Assembly: GCF_032191835.1 (NCBI RefSeq) | Contig: NC_083226.1 | Location: 125,426,001-125,490,000, forward strand | Length of the DNA: 64,000 nt | DNA from: Heteronotia binoei | Taxonomy: Eukaryota | Direction of reading: 5' to 3' | In this document: piece by piece, positions 26,115-39,411 of the stretch | Layout: every line of letters begins with the position of its first letter | Numbering within the stretch: position 1 is the stretch's first letter | Position numbers and translations under genes: made by a program | The notes under the pieces: model-generated | What the model saw: the letters and a program-made list of their open reading frames with translations, nothing else | The model's database searches: none | What the model was told of the DNA's origin: nothing

Positions 26115-26727
26115 TCATAAGAACATAAGAGAAGCCATGTTGAATCAGGCCAATGGCCCATCACTCTGTCACACAGTCACAAAAAAAAAAAGTGCCATCA
26201 AGAGGTACATCAGTGGGGCCAGGACACTGGAAGCCATGCTACTGTTGCCCCCCAAAGCACCAAGAATACAGAGCAAAACTGCCCCAGAAGGAGAGTTCCA
26301 TCTATACCCTGTGGCTAATAGCCACTGATGGACCTCTGCTCCATATGTTTATCCAATCCCCTCTTGAAGCTTTCTATGCTTGTAGCTTCCACCACCTGTG
26401 GCAATGAATTCCATGTGTTAATCACTCTGGGTGAAGAAGTACTTCCTTTTATCCTTTCTAACTTGACTGCTTAGCAATTTCATTGAGTGCCCANNNNNNN
26501 NNNNNNNNNNNNNNNNNNNNNNNNNNNNNNNNNNNNNNNNNNNNNNNNNNNNNNNNNNNNNNNNNNNNNNNNNNNNNNNNNNNNNNNNNNNNNNNNNNNN
26601 NNNNNNNNNNNNNNNNNNNNNNNNCTATCCCATGCATAGTCTTGTAATCACCTATCATTTCACCCCTCAGTCGTAATTTCGCCAAGCTAAAGAGCCCCAA
26701 GCGCTTTAGCCTTTCTCCATAGGGAAA
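26115..26727 (-). mobile_element. CR1 3' fragment, same tail family as 52504-53575
   Basis: CATAAGAACATAAGAGAAGCCATGTTG is the reverse of the CR1 tail; [17 protein letters not shown] on the minus strand. Confidence 0.88.
26494..26624. other. Assembly gap (131 N) inside a CR1 fragment
   Basis: N run flanked by CR1 RT sequence. Confidence 1.
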
Positions 26728-28180
26728 ATGTTCCTTTATAATCCAATGAGATGATGATGATAGATGGTGAAATTTCAGTGAGGAAACAGTCTTATGTATG
26801 TGGCAAAGCAGTTACAGTACAGTTTCACCATGTGCTTAAGATTATCAGCAAATAAACTACTAAAACTTTGGCTGGACTGTACTAGTTCAGGCTGCCATTG
26901 TGTGTGTGCTTGCTTCATACATCTGTTTCTTCAGGGACTTGTTCATGGGAATTGCATTCAAATTTGAATAAGCAAAGTTGTCCTGTACTAAAACCATTTG
27001 TGCATCTAACTTGATATTACCTACATGACTGGCAGCTGCTCCCTCGGCTCAGGCAGAGTAGGTAGTTCCTAATCCTTATGATCTTATATGCTTTAGCTGA
27101 TGATATCTGGAACCTTCTCCATGCAAAGCATGTATTCTCCCACTAAGTCACAACCCTGCACCACTGCATATACATGAGAGATTGTCCTTGGAAAATTTGC
27201 CTGCAGTGGAATTATATTTTCATTAGCAACCCCCACAGGGTCAGTTACTCTGTCTTAGCCTGATCTATCTCATAGGCTTGTTGTTGTGAGGATAAAACAG
27301 GAGACAATATAAGCCATTTTGGATCTCCATTGGAGTGAAAAGTGGAGCATGAATGAGCCAGTCACATAAGAGGAGAAGTCAGTGTAGGTCTCTTCCCTTA
27401 AACTGGAATACTCCGTTGCATTAAGGTACCAGTTTCAGGTAGGGGACACATGTAATTCTTCCTTACCCCTGTGGTTAAGGGTATTTTAAACACTACCTCA
27501 CCTGCATGGGAGCTGTTCATAGAAAGGTGGCACCCTGCAGTTTTGTATAATGTTTGAAAGAGGCTACGCTAAAGCAATCAAATCCAACAAAAGCTGGAAT
27601 CTGATGCATAAATAAACTGGCCATTATTACAGCCAGTTAAGTCATATGGCAATCCTAATCAGAAAATGTATCCACTTATATGAGTCATCCCCAAGATTTC
27701 TCATATCAGGACTAGTGTATAATCTGGAACCATTTTAATGGACCATTTTACTGTTCTCCTACATGTTCTATGCTAGAAGTATATAATTTAAATTCAGGTG
27801 AAGATTTGGGTTCCTCAGATCTTATGGGTAAATGGCACTCTTCTGCATTTTGGAACATTACAGTTTGAAAGCTTCTGTCATTTTAAAAGGTTTTCTAAAG
27901 AGAAGAACATTATAAAAATTTGATCAGCTTTCTTTAAGTTTTAGGGATTAAAATATTAGTATAAAATCAGCATCTTAAGAAGGATTTTTTTAAAAAAAAT
28001 AGTTTGCTTCTTTTAATAAATTCCCTCATCTTAAACTCATTGCAGAATCTCATAATTTTCAAGAAAGGCATACAAGAATAAGCAAGTTATATATATTTTT
28101 TCTCATGCAGGCACATTATGACTCCCGATAGAAGTACCAGAGTTGCCAGCATGTTTGTGTTCTAGTAGCGAGAACACAGC

Positions 28181-28280
28181 CCTGACCTGGATAGCCCAGG
28201 ATAGCCTGATCTCTTCAGATCTCAGAAGCTAAGCAATGATTAGTTTTTGGATAGGAAGACACCAAGAAATACTAAGGTTG
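28181..28280 (+). mobile_element. 5S rRNA-derived SINE or pseudogene fragment (another inverted at about 29759-29822)
   Basis: CCTGATCTCTTCAGATCTCAGAAGCTAAGCA..GGATAGGAAGAC..AAATAC resembles the 5S internal control region, with deletions. Confidence 0.7.
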
Positions 28281-28879
28281 CCTTTTTTTTACTACTTAGC
28301 TATATGCACATAACCACATAATGTTTTAACCTATGCACATGTGCATGTGTGCATGCGCATTATGCTCTTATGCACCTAATGGTGGAGGAAACAAAAAAAC
28401 TGCATGGTGTCATCATGTGGATGGCAGAAGACTGTTTCACCATGGAGTTATTCAAATTGCAGTATGGCAGTCTGATCGATAATATCCAGAACGAAGATAT
28501 TCGGAACAGTACCGGGTCAGTTTAACACGGACTCAACACGCTGTGTGAACAGGGCCTCTGAAAGTCTCTTGTCTTTAAAACCCTATGGAGTTGCCTGAAG
28601 ACAGCTGTGACAACAGCAAAAAAATCCAAATATGCCTAGAACACAGACATGAAATTAGGGATAGTATGGAGCAAATACATTGCTGCATAAATGCTACATT
28701 TGGCAAATTTAAGTCTCTTGAAACAGAATTGAAGGAAAGGTTTAGGTTCAGTACACGAACACATAAAGCTGTCTTGTACTGAATCAGACTGTTGGTCCAT
28801 CAAGTTTACTAAAGTATACACAGTCTGGCAGCCCCTTTCCAGAGTCTCAGGTACAGGCATTTTGTATCACCCAGTATCA

Positions 28880-28962
28880 GATCTTTTAAACTGCAAACAC
28901 CAGGAACTGAACCGGGGATCTTCTGCATGCCAAGCAGATCCTCTACTACTGAGCTATGGCCC
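28880..28962 (-). mobile_element. Short tRNA-derived SINE head (similar copy at about 38585-38650)
   Basis: Reverse complement GGGCCATAGCTCAGTAGTAGAG..CCGGTTCAGTTCCTGG with A and B boxes. Confidence 0.6.
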
Positions 28963-29112
28963 CTCTCCTCTGTTCAAAAAGGACAGTTTATATAAGCTGA
29001 TTTACAAGCATGCACTTATCCAATGGATGGACAAAACAGCATACCCCAGCTCCATTTCAGGTCAGAAACATGCTGTGAGGCAAAGCCTACAGTCCCTTCT
29101 CTACAGACACTA

Positions 29113-29381
29113 CAGTTTGGTGCAGTGGTTAAGTGTGCAGACTCTTATCTGGGAGAACCAGGTTTAATTCCCCACTCCTCCACTTGCAGCTGCTGGAATG
29201 GCCTTGGGTTAGCCATAGCTATCACAGGAGTTGTCTTTGAAAGGGCAGCTGCTGTGAGAGCTCTCTCAGCCCCACCCACCTCACAGGGTGTCTGTTGTGG
29301 GGGGAGAAGATATAGGAGATTGTAAGCCACTCTGAGTCTCTGATTCAGAGAGAAGGGCAGGGTATAAATCTGCAGTCTTCT
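29113..29381 (+). mobile_element. Gecko Squam3-like SINE, full length
   Basis: Same family as 6957-7199; ends GGTATAAATCTGCAGTCTTCTT. Confidence 0.85.
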
Positions 29382-29543
29382 TAATCCAAATTGGGCTCCA
29401 CACATCCAGGAATTGAGAACAACCCACAACTCAACTTTGATTGTTAAACAGGCTTCTTTTTAAAGTATGTCATCAAATCACACTGGCAAGGCAAGAGGTA
29501 AGCAATGGTGGTTTGTCATTGCCTTCTTCTGTATAGCAGCCCC

Positions 29544-29742
29544 CAGGGCTTTTTTTGAGCAGGAATGCACAGAAACACAGTTCTGGTTGGCTTGCCACCA
29601 GGGCGTGTTGCCTAATGTGCAAATGAGTCTCTGCTGGGCTTTTTCTACAAAAAAGCCCTGTGTGAAACAATGGTGATGTCAGGGTGTGTGGCTTAATATG
29701 CAAATGAGATCCTGCTGGGCTTTTTCACTAAAAAAAGTCCTG
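29544..29742 (+). mobile_element. hAT MITE, dimeric, octamer-bearing
   Basis: CAGGGCTTTTTT ... AAAAAAGTCCTG; TSD GCAGCCCC/GCAGGCCC; two GGGTGTGTGGC-TAATATGCAAATGAG modules. Confidence 0.85.
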
Positions 29743-30976
29743 GCAGGCCCAATGTTCCTTGGTAGTCTCCCATCCAACTACAGATGCTGCTTAGTTTCTG
29801 AGCTCTGACGAGATCAAGCTAGTGCTATTAGTGCTGCAACCCAAACTATCTCCTCCATAATGTGAAAAAGGTAAGAAAACAGTTAGGAGCAACTTCTGTG
29901 GTACAGTCAGATCTCTTTATAGATCTGGAGAAAATACAAGACGGTCTCATTTTCTCATTGTAGCTGTTTATTTTGGGGAAAAAAGGTTAAGGAAGGAGGG
30001 CATTAGAAGTTTGTCAAAAGATGCATTATGTGGAGAAAAGCTGACATAGAGAACTTCTTATCCCTCTCCCATTATATATGTAATTCTGATGTAATTTGGT
30101 CTCAGAATTATCAAAAAGGAAGCATGATGGGGTCATATTCTGATGGTGTTTCTGGAAACCTAAGGACAATTTTGAGAAAATATACTTAGGATATGGTTGC
30201 ATGTAAAGAAATCAATCATTAAAAATAAATATCCCCATCCCAGTCTATTTGCAAGACAGGAAGAACACCTATGGCAGAGGATAGGAGTCAGGAATATTTT
30301 TATTTATTCAGCCTGGAATGTTTGGATTTATTCACCCTGAAGGCTGAAGAATACACATAGGGTATCCCAAGGGTGTGAGACTAACACAGCAGTAGATTTC
30401 TTTCTTATGGAAGATAAAATGCACAGATAGGAAGGCAGACATACAATGGATTGTAGATGTTGTTCTGAGTATAGCTCCAAGATACCACAAAAGTCAGTTT
30501 TCTAAGTTATACAACAGCTTCCTTCATGTGTCATAAACCTGTTTTCTGATTCATAAGTCACAGAACATACAACTATACCTGTTTACCTGGAACAGTCTTG
30601 CCAATAAATAGAGATCCCATGACTCAAACTTCAAATTCTGAATTTCTTAGCAACTGATTTTCACTGACTTGAAGTCAGCTAGTGATTATGTCAAAGTAAG
30701 GCCATGAAGGTGATATATCACTTTCTACGGTCATATGGGCCAGTCAAAATTAAGCCATATTTAACAGAATTTACTCCCAAGAAAGTGTGAATAGTGTAGC
30801 ACACTTTGATCTTGTTCTACATCATGAAAGGAATGATTATGTGTCTTAATGATTATAGATATATCTCTCAATGGACCTTAATGAGTCTGGTCAAGTGAAT
30901 TAGCATAGCTTGGGGGAAAGAACACTGGTTTTAGCTGAAGGAAGTGTGTCAATTCTGTGTGTGTGTTAGAGAGAGC

Positions 30977-31581
30977 AAGGTCCATAGCCATGGGAGGTAT
31001 GGGGGGGAACAGTCCTCCACCCAACCCCCCTTGGGCCTTTATGGCCCCTCCATTCCCCTGGCCCCCGCTCAGCTCTGGTTTGGTGGCTCCCACCCCACTC
31101 TGTGGGTGCCTCCCCCCTCCCTCCCAACTCACCAATGCAGGGAAACAGTGAAGAGTGGGCTTCCGGGGCTATTTCAAGGCATCCCCTGCTGGTCATGTGA
31201 CCGGCAAGAAAAGCAGCTCCAAGGCTGGCAGTTCATATGCCGGCTTTCTGGCTAGCTCAGCAAGTTCAGCCCTGGGGCAGCCAGCACTGAACTTACTGAG
31301 TGCGTCCGAAAGCCAGGTTATGAACTGCCGGCCTCGGAGTGGCTTTTCCCACCGATCACGTGATCAGTGAGGGTCGCCTTGAAATAGTCCCTGAAGCCAG
31401 TTTTCACTATTTCCCCACGTTGGTGAGTTGGGAGGGAGGGGGGAGGTGCCTCACAGAGGTGGGTGGGGCACCAGAGCGGTGCAGAGATTGGGGCCAGAGG
31501 GGGGGCCACCAGAGGAGGGCCCTCCATACAAATTTTTTTCCTGTGGACCCCTCCATTTGGAATTTTCTGGCTATGGGCCTG
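30977..31581. mobile_element. 605-bp hAT MITE with a long internal palindrome
   Basis: (A)AGGTCCATAGCC ... GGCTATGGGCCTG; perfect 8-bp TSD GAGAGAGC. Confidence 0.85.
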
Positions 31582-31666
31582 GAGAGAGCACCATTTAGAT
31601 GGAGGAAGGAACAGAGACAGAAACAGAGAGTCCCTCCTGTGGATTGACTGAAGTATCTGGGAGGTA

Positions 31667-31940
31667 AAGGTAATCCCCTGTCCAAGCACCAGTTGCTTCC
31701 GACTCTGGGGTGATGTTGCTTTCATGACATTTTCATGGCAGACTTTTTATGGGGTGGTTTTTCATTGCCTCCCCAGTCATTTACACTTTACCCCCAGCAA
31801 GATGGGTACTTATTTACCAATCTCAGAAGGATGGAAGGCTGAGTCAGCCATGAACCAGCTACCTGAACCCAGCTTCTGTCGGGATCAAACTCAGATGGTG
31901 AGCAAAGCTTGGACTGCAGTACTGCAGTTTTACCACTCTA
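31667..31940 (-). mobile_element. Sauria SINE (Squam1-like)
   Basis: Colinear with 13030-13313. Confidence 0.82.
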
Positions 31941-33110
31941 CAAAATCTCTTTCTATGCCTGTTACAAAAACACCACAAGTCCCCAGAGCTCACTTCTTGA
32001 AAGGGGAATCAGCTATGTAAGTACTAGTCCATTGAACTTTTTACCACTTGGCGAAGTGGGGCAAGAATAACAAAAGGATCACAGTAATGGCATATGATGA
32101 CATTGTACTATCTATCAGTTCCCTGTTACTATAAAATATAGTTGAATATTCACATTGATTACTTATCCTTAATTAAATTAGAGATGTTTATTTTGGGAGC
32201 TGGGGTTCTACATTGAGAGCTTTTATGTATTTATGTGATGTATTTATACCCAGCTTTTTATACAGATTGGCTCCCAAACCAGCTTATCATTAAAGTAACT
32301 AAATTTCCTAGCAATATTTCGGCCTCAGAAGATGGTTTGTCTGCACAATTATCCTCTTGCAAGAAGTGTGGCTGCAGTCATAAAGCCTGTCCTGCTTTTG
32401 GAGATACTTGCTACAAATGTGGAGCACAGAATCATTTTGCAAAGGTATGCAGGAGCAAACAGACCCTCATCTAACAAAACAAGAGTTGAAACGCTTTGTT
32501 CATGGGAGTGATCACAGCACCTCAGCCTAGGGAAGAACCTAATAGTTCTGAGCCATGATTTTCCGCTGTTAGTATAGCTAGTGTTCCTGTGTCATGCAAC
32601 CTGGATAGTCGTGCTCAACCAAATACCTTACTTGAGGGCATAGTCTCTATCTTGCTGATTAGCATGCAAGAAACACGTAAATGCCATTTTGGTCACTTTG
32701 GGAGGGTCCAAAAACAGGTCAAAAGCAACAATTACAGCACCCTGCATGGTGGACTCTCAATCAGCCATCTTGACCTATGTCATGGAAGTTGATGAGCCTC
32801 CTCTGCTTGGAAAACCAGCCTGCATGGCCTTTGACCTTCTTAGGAAAGTCAATAGTATGTCACTGCCCATCTTGTCTTCTAAATATGATATTTTGCAAAC
32901 CTACTCAGACATCTTTCAAGGGTTTGGGCCATTCCCTGGCACCTCCCATATCCATGTAGATCCTGAGATACCACTGGTGAATACCACTGGTTGTTGCAAA
33001 ATTCCCTATGCTACACTATCTGCACTCAAGAAATCTCTTGACCATCAGGAAAAGACCAAAGTCATCACTAGGATGATAAAGCCAACTGTGTGGGTTAATA
33101 GCATTAGACT

Positions 33111-34020
33111 AGAATCACAGAATCATAGCGTTGGAAGGGACCTACAGAGTCATCTAGTCCAACCCCCTGCATAATGCAGGAAACTCACAAATACCACACC
33201 CTCACCAAATTCACAGGATCTGCATTGTTGGCAGATGGCCATCCAGCCTCTGTTTAAAAACCTCCAAAGAAAGAGAGCCCACCACCTCCCGAGGAAGCCT
33301 GTTCCACTGAGAACCGCTCTAACGGTCAGGAAGTTCTTCCTAATGTTAAGCTGGAAACTCTTTTGATTTAATTTCAACCCATTGGTTTTGGCCCTACCTT
33401 CTGGGGCCACAGAAACAATTCTGCACCATCCTCTATATGACAGTCCTTCAAGTATTTGAAGATGGTGATCATATCACCTCTCAGTCACCTCTTCTCCAGG
33501 CTAAACATGCCCAACTCCTTCAACCTTTCCTCATAGGACTTGGTCTCCAGATCCCTCACCATCTATGTTGCCCTCCTTTGGACCTGTTCCAGCTTGTCTA
33601 TATCCTTCTTAAAATGTGGTGCCCAAAACTGAACACAATACTCCAAGTGAGGTCTTACCAGATCAGAGTAAAGCGATACCATCACTTCACATGATTTGGA
33701 CACTATACTTCTGTTAACACAGCCCAACATTGCATTTGTCTTTTTTGCCACCGCATCACACTGATGACTCATGTTCAGCATATGGTCCACTAAGGCCCCT
33801 GGATCCTTTTCACATATACTACTGCCCATACAAGTCTTCCCTGTCCTATAACCATGCATGGGATTTTTCTTACCTAAATGCAGAAGTTTACATTTATTCC
33901 TGTTAAAATTCATTTTATTGGTTTCAGCCCAGTTTTCCAGCCTGTCAAGATCATCCTGGATCCTATTTCTGTCTTCTACTGTATTTGCAACCCCTCCCAA
34001 TTTAGTATCATTTAGCATTC
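33111..34020 (-). mobile_element. CR1 LINE 3' fragment inside the Gypsy relic
   Basis: DDTKLGG..IQDDLDRLENWA..FNRNKCKLLHLGKKN..YCVQFWAPHFKKDIDKLEQVQRRAT on minus; (ATTCT)-type tail at 33111. Confidence 0.92.
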
Positions 34021-34046
34021 CCTCTATTCCTAGTTTGGTGTGGAGA

Positions 34047-34322
34047 GCTAGTTTGGTGTAGTGGTTAAGTGTGCGGATTCTTATCTGGGAGAACCGGATT
34101 TGATTCCCCACTCCTCCACTTGCACCTTGGGTCAGCTATAGCTCTGGCAGAGGTTGTCCTTGAAAGGGCAGCTGCTGTGAGAGCCCTTTCCAGCCCCACC
34201 CACCTCACAGGGTGTCTGTTGTGGGGGAGGAAGGTAAAGGAGATTGTGAGCTGCTCTGAGACTCTTCGGAGTGGAGGGCGGGATATAAATCCAATATCTT
34301 CTTCATCTTCTTCTTCTTCTTC
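34047..34322 (+). mobile_element. Gecko Squam3-like SINE with (TCT)n tail
   Basis: Same family as the 29113 copy; CpG-rich, so young. Confidence 0.87.
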
Positions 34323-37300
34323 ATCTGGCAACAACTCTTTCTGATCCCTATCAGCAAAGCCTGGTTGGCAAAAAAATCTTCACAGTCTTGGATGAAAAAG
34401 ATGGCTACTCTCAGGTCAAACTTGACAAGGAATCTGCTGAACTGTGCACATTCAAGATTCCATGAGGTCACTACCTTTTAGCATCAAGTCAGACACTGAA
34501 GTTTTCCAGCAAAAGAACCATAAGTGCTTCTCTGATATCCGGGGTGTGTACATTGTCACAGATGATATGATCAATGCAGCCTCTATGGAAGCAGAGCACC
34601 ATCAGATTCTTAAACTAGTCCTGAAAAGGACTTGCCAGAAAAGTTTGAAATTCAATCCTGACAAAGTTCAGTTCATGGTTGACAAAGTCAAGTACATGGA
34701 CCACATCATCTCTAAAGATGGTCTTCAACCTGACAATGCTAAAGTACAAGCTATAATTCAGATGTCCCTGCCAACAGATAGAAAGGGTGAACAACGTCTG
34801 TTAGGCACTATGCAGTATCTCTCCAGGTACATCCCTAATGAGCCCTGACAGCACCTCTGTGTACACTCCTACAGAAGGACGCAGCCTGGCAGTGGGACCC
34901 AGCTCAGCAAGATGCACTGGATGCTCTTAAGACAGCAAATCACCACAGCTCCTGTGCTCAGATTCTTTGATCCAAAAGAGTAGCTGGTAGTCCAGGCTGA
35001 GGCCTCCAAAGACAGCTTAGGTGCTTGCCTGCTCCAAAAGATGCAGCCCATTGCCTATGCCTCTAGAGTGCTTACACAGGCTGAGCAAAACTATGCACAA
35101 ATCCATGCAGTTTCACAAACTAATCCTATCAGTGATCATTTGCTGTGCCAGTTGCCAGAGGCACAGGGCATTGGGTCCATTTATAGGAAAACTGTTCATT
35201 CTACAAAGTCTTGAGAACTGTCAACAAATCTGCAACAAACATTCACCCAGCCCAGGAGCAGGTGGGTTAGTTGCTGAACTTTTGTCATACAAAAGTTCAA
35301 AGTGCTCTTTCCTGCAGGAGAGGTATGTGCTTGAACCTCTGACCCCAAACTTGCAATAGATATTTTGTTTGGGGACATGTCATGCTAGGGGATATCCATG
35401 TAAAGATATAGTCTATAGAATCTGTCTCTTTAAGGAACAGGCTTAGTCCTAAGTAGAACTCCCTCTCTTCACATGAATGGATGTGTCTTATGGAATTTTA
35501 CACAGTTTTATCAATTTAAGCATATCCTGCCACTACATTTCCCTCAGGTGGGCTTCCAGGCAGCTGGTCCTCCAAACAGAAGTGAAACCACTTGTAGAAT
35601 AAAGAAACATTTACATTCACATTAGGTCCTGCTCATTATTTTGGTTTGGAATTAATCAATATATACTAGTTAGAACTGGGTTGTTGGTAGTTAGGACTCC
35701 AGCTGTTGTCAAATCTGTGTTGTTCCCTGCCTTGTTGTTCTGCACATAAAAGCCATTTTGAAGACATCCTGCCTGCTGCATCTCTCTGGCCTTAGGGCAG
35801 ACCAGTTACCCACCTCCACAGTGAGCTCATTTTACATCACACTCTCACTGCCCAGGGAAGTAACATCATAATCAATTCTGCACATTTCTGATGGTTAGAG
35901 AATATTGAACATTATTTCAGTCATATTATTTTAGTTAATCTAGATACTAGTTATAGTAAAGAATGGGCATGATTAGCGTTGGATCATGTTTATTATCTGA
36001 ATGCAAATCTTTCTGGTGTCTTTAATTTGTAGAATGGTTTTACATTTACATTGTCAGTCTATGTCAAGATGTACTCCTCATGTGATAGCTTTCTTAATTC
36101 ATTGGTTCAAGCTTAATGTGAAAACTATAGTCTATTGCTCAAATCAGATTAATTTATACCCTGAATAAAACTTTGCTGATCTTAAAGGTGCTATGGACTC
36201 TAACTTTATTCTCTCGCCACTCTTGTTAGAAACTCTTGTTTCTAGTTATAGGTATTAATGTGAAGCACCCCCCTCTTTGTTTTGAAGCAAATATCTGCCA
36301 CAAAATGCAGTATCGCTTGAAAAAGACTGGTTATTCTTAATTTTCTAAGCAGTCTACAGCGTCCTCTTCATAATTCCTCATCTGCAGCTTTCCACACAGG
36401 AAATAGTTAAGCAACAATGTTATACAGCTGCTTCTGTGTATTCAGTTTTTCTGCATTGCTGTTCTTTGATGGAGTTGTCCAATTCTTTAATACTTGAATG
36501 GCACTACTCACTCTCTGTAATTGGAACACATGGCCCTGGCACAGCCCTTTGCTTTAAATTCTGCTATTATATTATATTGCACCTGATGTGACCTATTGTT
36601 TTCTGTACTGGGAGGAGCTGCTCAGCTGGGCTTTAATGACCATCAGTCATCTCTTTTCTCACAATGGCTGCTCATTTCTTGGGTTTCCAGTTCCCTTTGA
36701 TTACCATGTTTGAGGATGTGTCATCTAATCAGAAAAAAATAGAGGAAATTAGGGGGGGACATAATAGGAGTTAAGAGAGGGCTCTACAACCAGATGGGAA
36801 TGAATGTACTGAAATTTTCAGATGCTCAGTTAACAAGAAACCATGTTGAAAAAGTTTCCCCCCCAAAATAGTGAGCCAACACTGAAGAATCAAATAATTA
36901 TCAGAAGCTGTCTAATCTACAGAGATGCCAGAACCATTCCTTCCAGTGACCCAAGTGTTGTTGGAAATCCACATGTGAATGCTGGTTTCACAAGTGCAAC
37001 CCAGACCTCTGTGTCAGTGGATCTTTTCTCTTGAAACAACTGCAAGTTTGGGCAATACCTCAGGGAAGGACTTGGAATGTTTATTGAATGTATAAAATTA
37101 AAAGAAGAAAAAGTACTGTGCTCTGGGATTGATGGAATATCTGAATCTTTGCTCTGATTGGGGAAAAGTCAGAATCCTATCTGTTATTAGTGGGTTTGGA
37201 TTTCTGTAAAGGTGAACATAGGAAGAGTAGAAAATGTCCCAAAACAATCATAAGTGTGTGTGTGTGGGTGGGAGGGTTTTGGTGGGTACCAGTTTTTGTA

Positions 37301-37989
37301 ATGGTGAGGTAGGGCAGATCTGGGCAGAATGACTGAATTATCTGAACAGCAAACCTAATTATTGCCTGTTGACAAAGATCAGAGGATCCCTGATGGCCTT
37401 GTCTCCTATTTATGATTAGGTCTGGAGAGAAGTCTGCAATGTAAGGCAAATCATTGGATGGTCTAGCTGATTATTTGTCTGACTTCAATAGTTAAACATG
37501 ATTGGAATTTTGATGAGCTCTTAGGAAGCCAAAGAATAGAACCATTGTCAAGAGAGTCTCCAAACCCACAGGAGAACCTAGCCTGCAATCTCTGGCAGCA
37601 TCAAGTGTGAGAAGTCATGGAGGGGCTCAAAAGCATGGCTCCCAACCCAGCTCATCTTTTGAGGTAACAGGCCATGACATTACCATGAGAATCAAAGGAG
37701 AGGGGAATGTTGTCTTCACTTAGCTGGGCTGGCTGGGCTTCTAGTCTGGGCCTGGGAAGCAGCAGCTAGAGGAGAACTGAGACAAGAATCAGCTTCCTAG
37801 GGAAACTGAGGCTGTATTTGGACAAATAAATGAATGTCAAGTGGATAGAGATCTTAGTAGGTGGAGACTGCCTGTAAAGTAGCAGGGAAGGAAATGTGAG
37901 AAATCTGTGCAAGACATGAACCCCCCCTGCCCAAACATCTGGATAGGCAGAACATCCTTCAGATTGTACCACCCATTCCCGGACCAAGG

Positions 37990-38380
37990 GAGGTCAGACT
38001 GGGCCCTACATGGGACAGGGCCTTCTCAGTGGCAGCACCAATGCTGTGGAACACTCTCCCTGAGGCCATGAATGCTGCGGGGTCTCTCCCAATTCTACAG
38101 GGTTTGTAAAACCAAACTTTTTAAACAGGCCTATAACAACTAAGGGAGAAGGCTGCCGCTTTTATGCTGCTGGACAATTCCACCAGAAGGACCACCAACA
38201 GATAAATTGTATATTCTGTATAGCATCAATGCATTGTTTTAAGTTGTTTTAAATTGTAAATTGTTTGTCTTATTGTTTTATACCTACAATTGAGATGTTA
38301 ATTTTATTATGATTGTTAGCCGCCCTGCGTCCGTTTGGAAAGGGCAGGATATAAATTGAAAGTAAATAAATAAATAAAAT
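37990..38380 (+). mobile_element. L2 LINE 3' end
   Basis: GGGCCTTCTCAGTGGCAGCACC..TGGAACACTCTCCC..AGCCGCCCTG..GGGCAGGATATAAAT plus (AAAT)n. Confidence 0.7.
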
Positions 38381-39411
38381 AAAAGTTTTCTTTGCTTGTG
38401 GCATGCCCCTTTTTTCACCGAAGACTCTGACAACAAGCTAAGAGCTAAGCACTACACAGAACATTGAAGCTAGGGTCATATGAATACCTTGTGATGATCA
38501 TCATTCTATCAAAATTATTGTCTCTGACTGGTAGCAGCTTTCCAGGATCATAAGTTGATGTATTTCACGTCCTGTTTTATTGGAGATGCCAGGGATTGAA
38601 CCTGGGAACTTCTGCATCCAAAGCAGATTCTGTACCACTGAACCCATCCCCTTTCCAGCTCCTTTCTGTACAGAACACTGAAATTACACAAGCCTTACCT
38701 TGGGTGGAGAGAGAGTAGACAGATGTCTGGGTCAAATGTGCAAAGAAAGAATGAGGAGTATTAATAATATAGCATCATCAATGACACTTTATAGAGAAGA
38801 TTGTGTTAAAGACAGTCCCCTGCCCTGAAGGTCTTACAATATATGGTTTAAATAGAGAAGAACAAGGAATAAGTATCAGTTGATGCACAGAGATAGACAG
38901 TACAGGCTTCATCTCCTCCATGAAGAAGAGAGGCTCAGGATCACCATTCAGGGCTGTACTGTGGGTTTGACTTACTATGGGACAGTACATGCCCAGCTGG
39001 TGGGGGGAGGTGACCCATGTGCCCAGTATACATCAGAAAGTCCCAAATCAACCCAAATGATCAAATGGTAGGAGCACCATCAGTAAAAGAAAAGGTTAAA
39101 TACAATTCAACGCAGGTATGATAGAGATGCGTAAAGTTACATATGGTGTAGAGAAAGTAAATGAAGAGAGGACCAATATAGTGCAATGGTTAGCGCATTC
39201 AGAGTAGTATCTAGGCAACACAGGTTAAAATCCCAGCTCAGCCACAAAGTTTGCTGTGTGCCTTTGAGCCAGTCATTCTCTCTCAGCTTCAGGATTGTGT
39301 GTGTACATGCATATGTATGTGGTCCTCCTTACCAATTGCAAGTTAAAGCAGTCATAGGGGAGGGCCATTTGCACTAAGCCTCTAGTGCTAAGAGAGCAGG
39401 TTGTCTTCCCC

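Larger units (their letters stand above)
32330..35130 (+). mobile_element. Decayed Ty3/Gypsy gag-pol relic split by CR1 and SINE insertions
   Basis: Gag knuckle CYKCGAQNHFAKVC; protease-like LDSRAQ; RT start ..PTVWVNS (33090); resumes about 34340 with FTVLDEKDGYSQV, YIVTDDM, HIISKDGLQPD; RNase H ASKDSLGACL..PIAYASRVLTQAEQNYAQI. Confidence 0.85.

Noticed and set aside
28181-28280. 5S rRNA gene
   Set aside because: Has an internal deletion and diverged ends; it is a SINE head or pseudogene.
29113-29180. tRNA-like A/B box sequences here and at other SINE heads
   Set aside because: No complete cloverleaf; they continue into SINE bodies.
35690-35820. Possible 3' LTR of the Gypsy relic
   Set aside because: No matching 5' LTR, polypurine tract or TSD identified.
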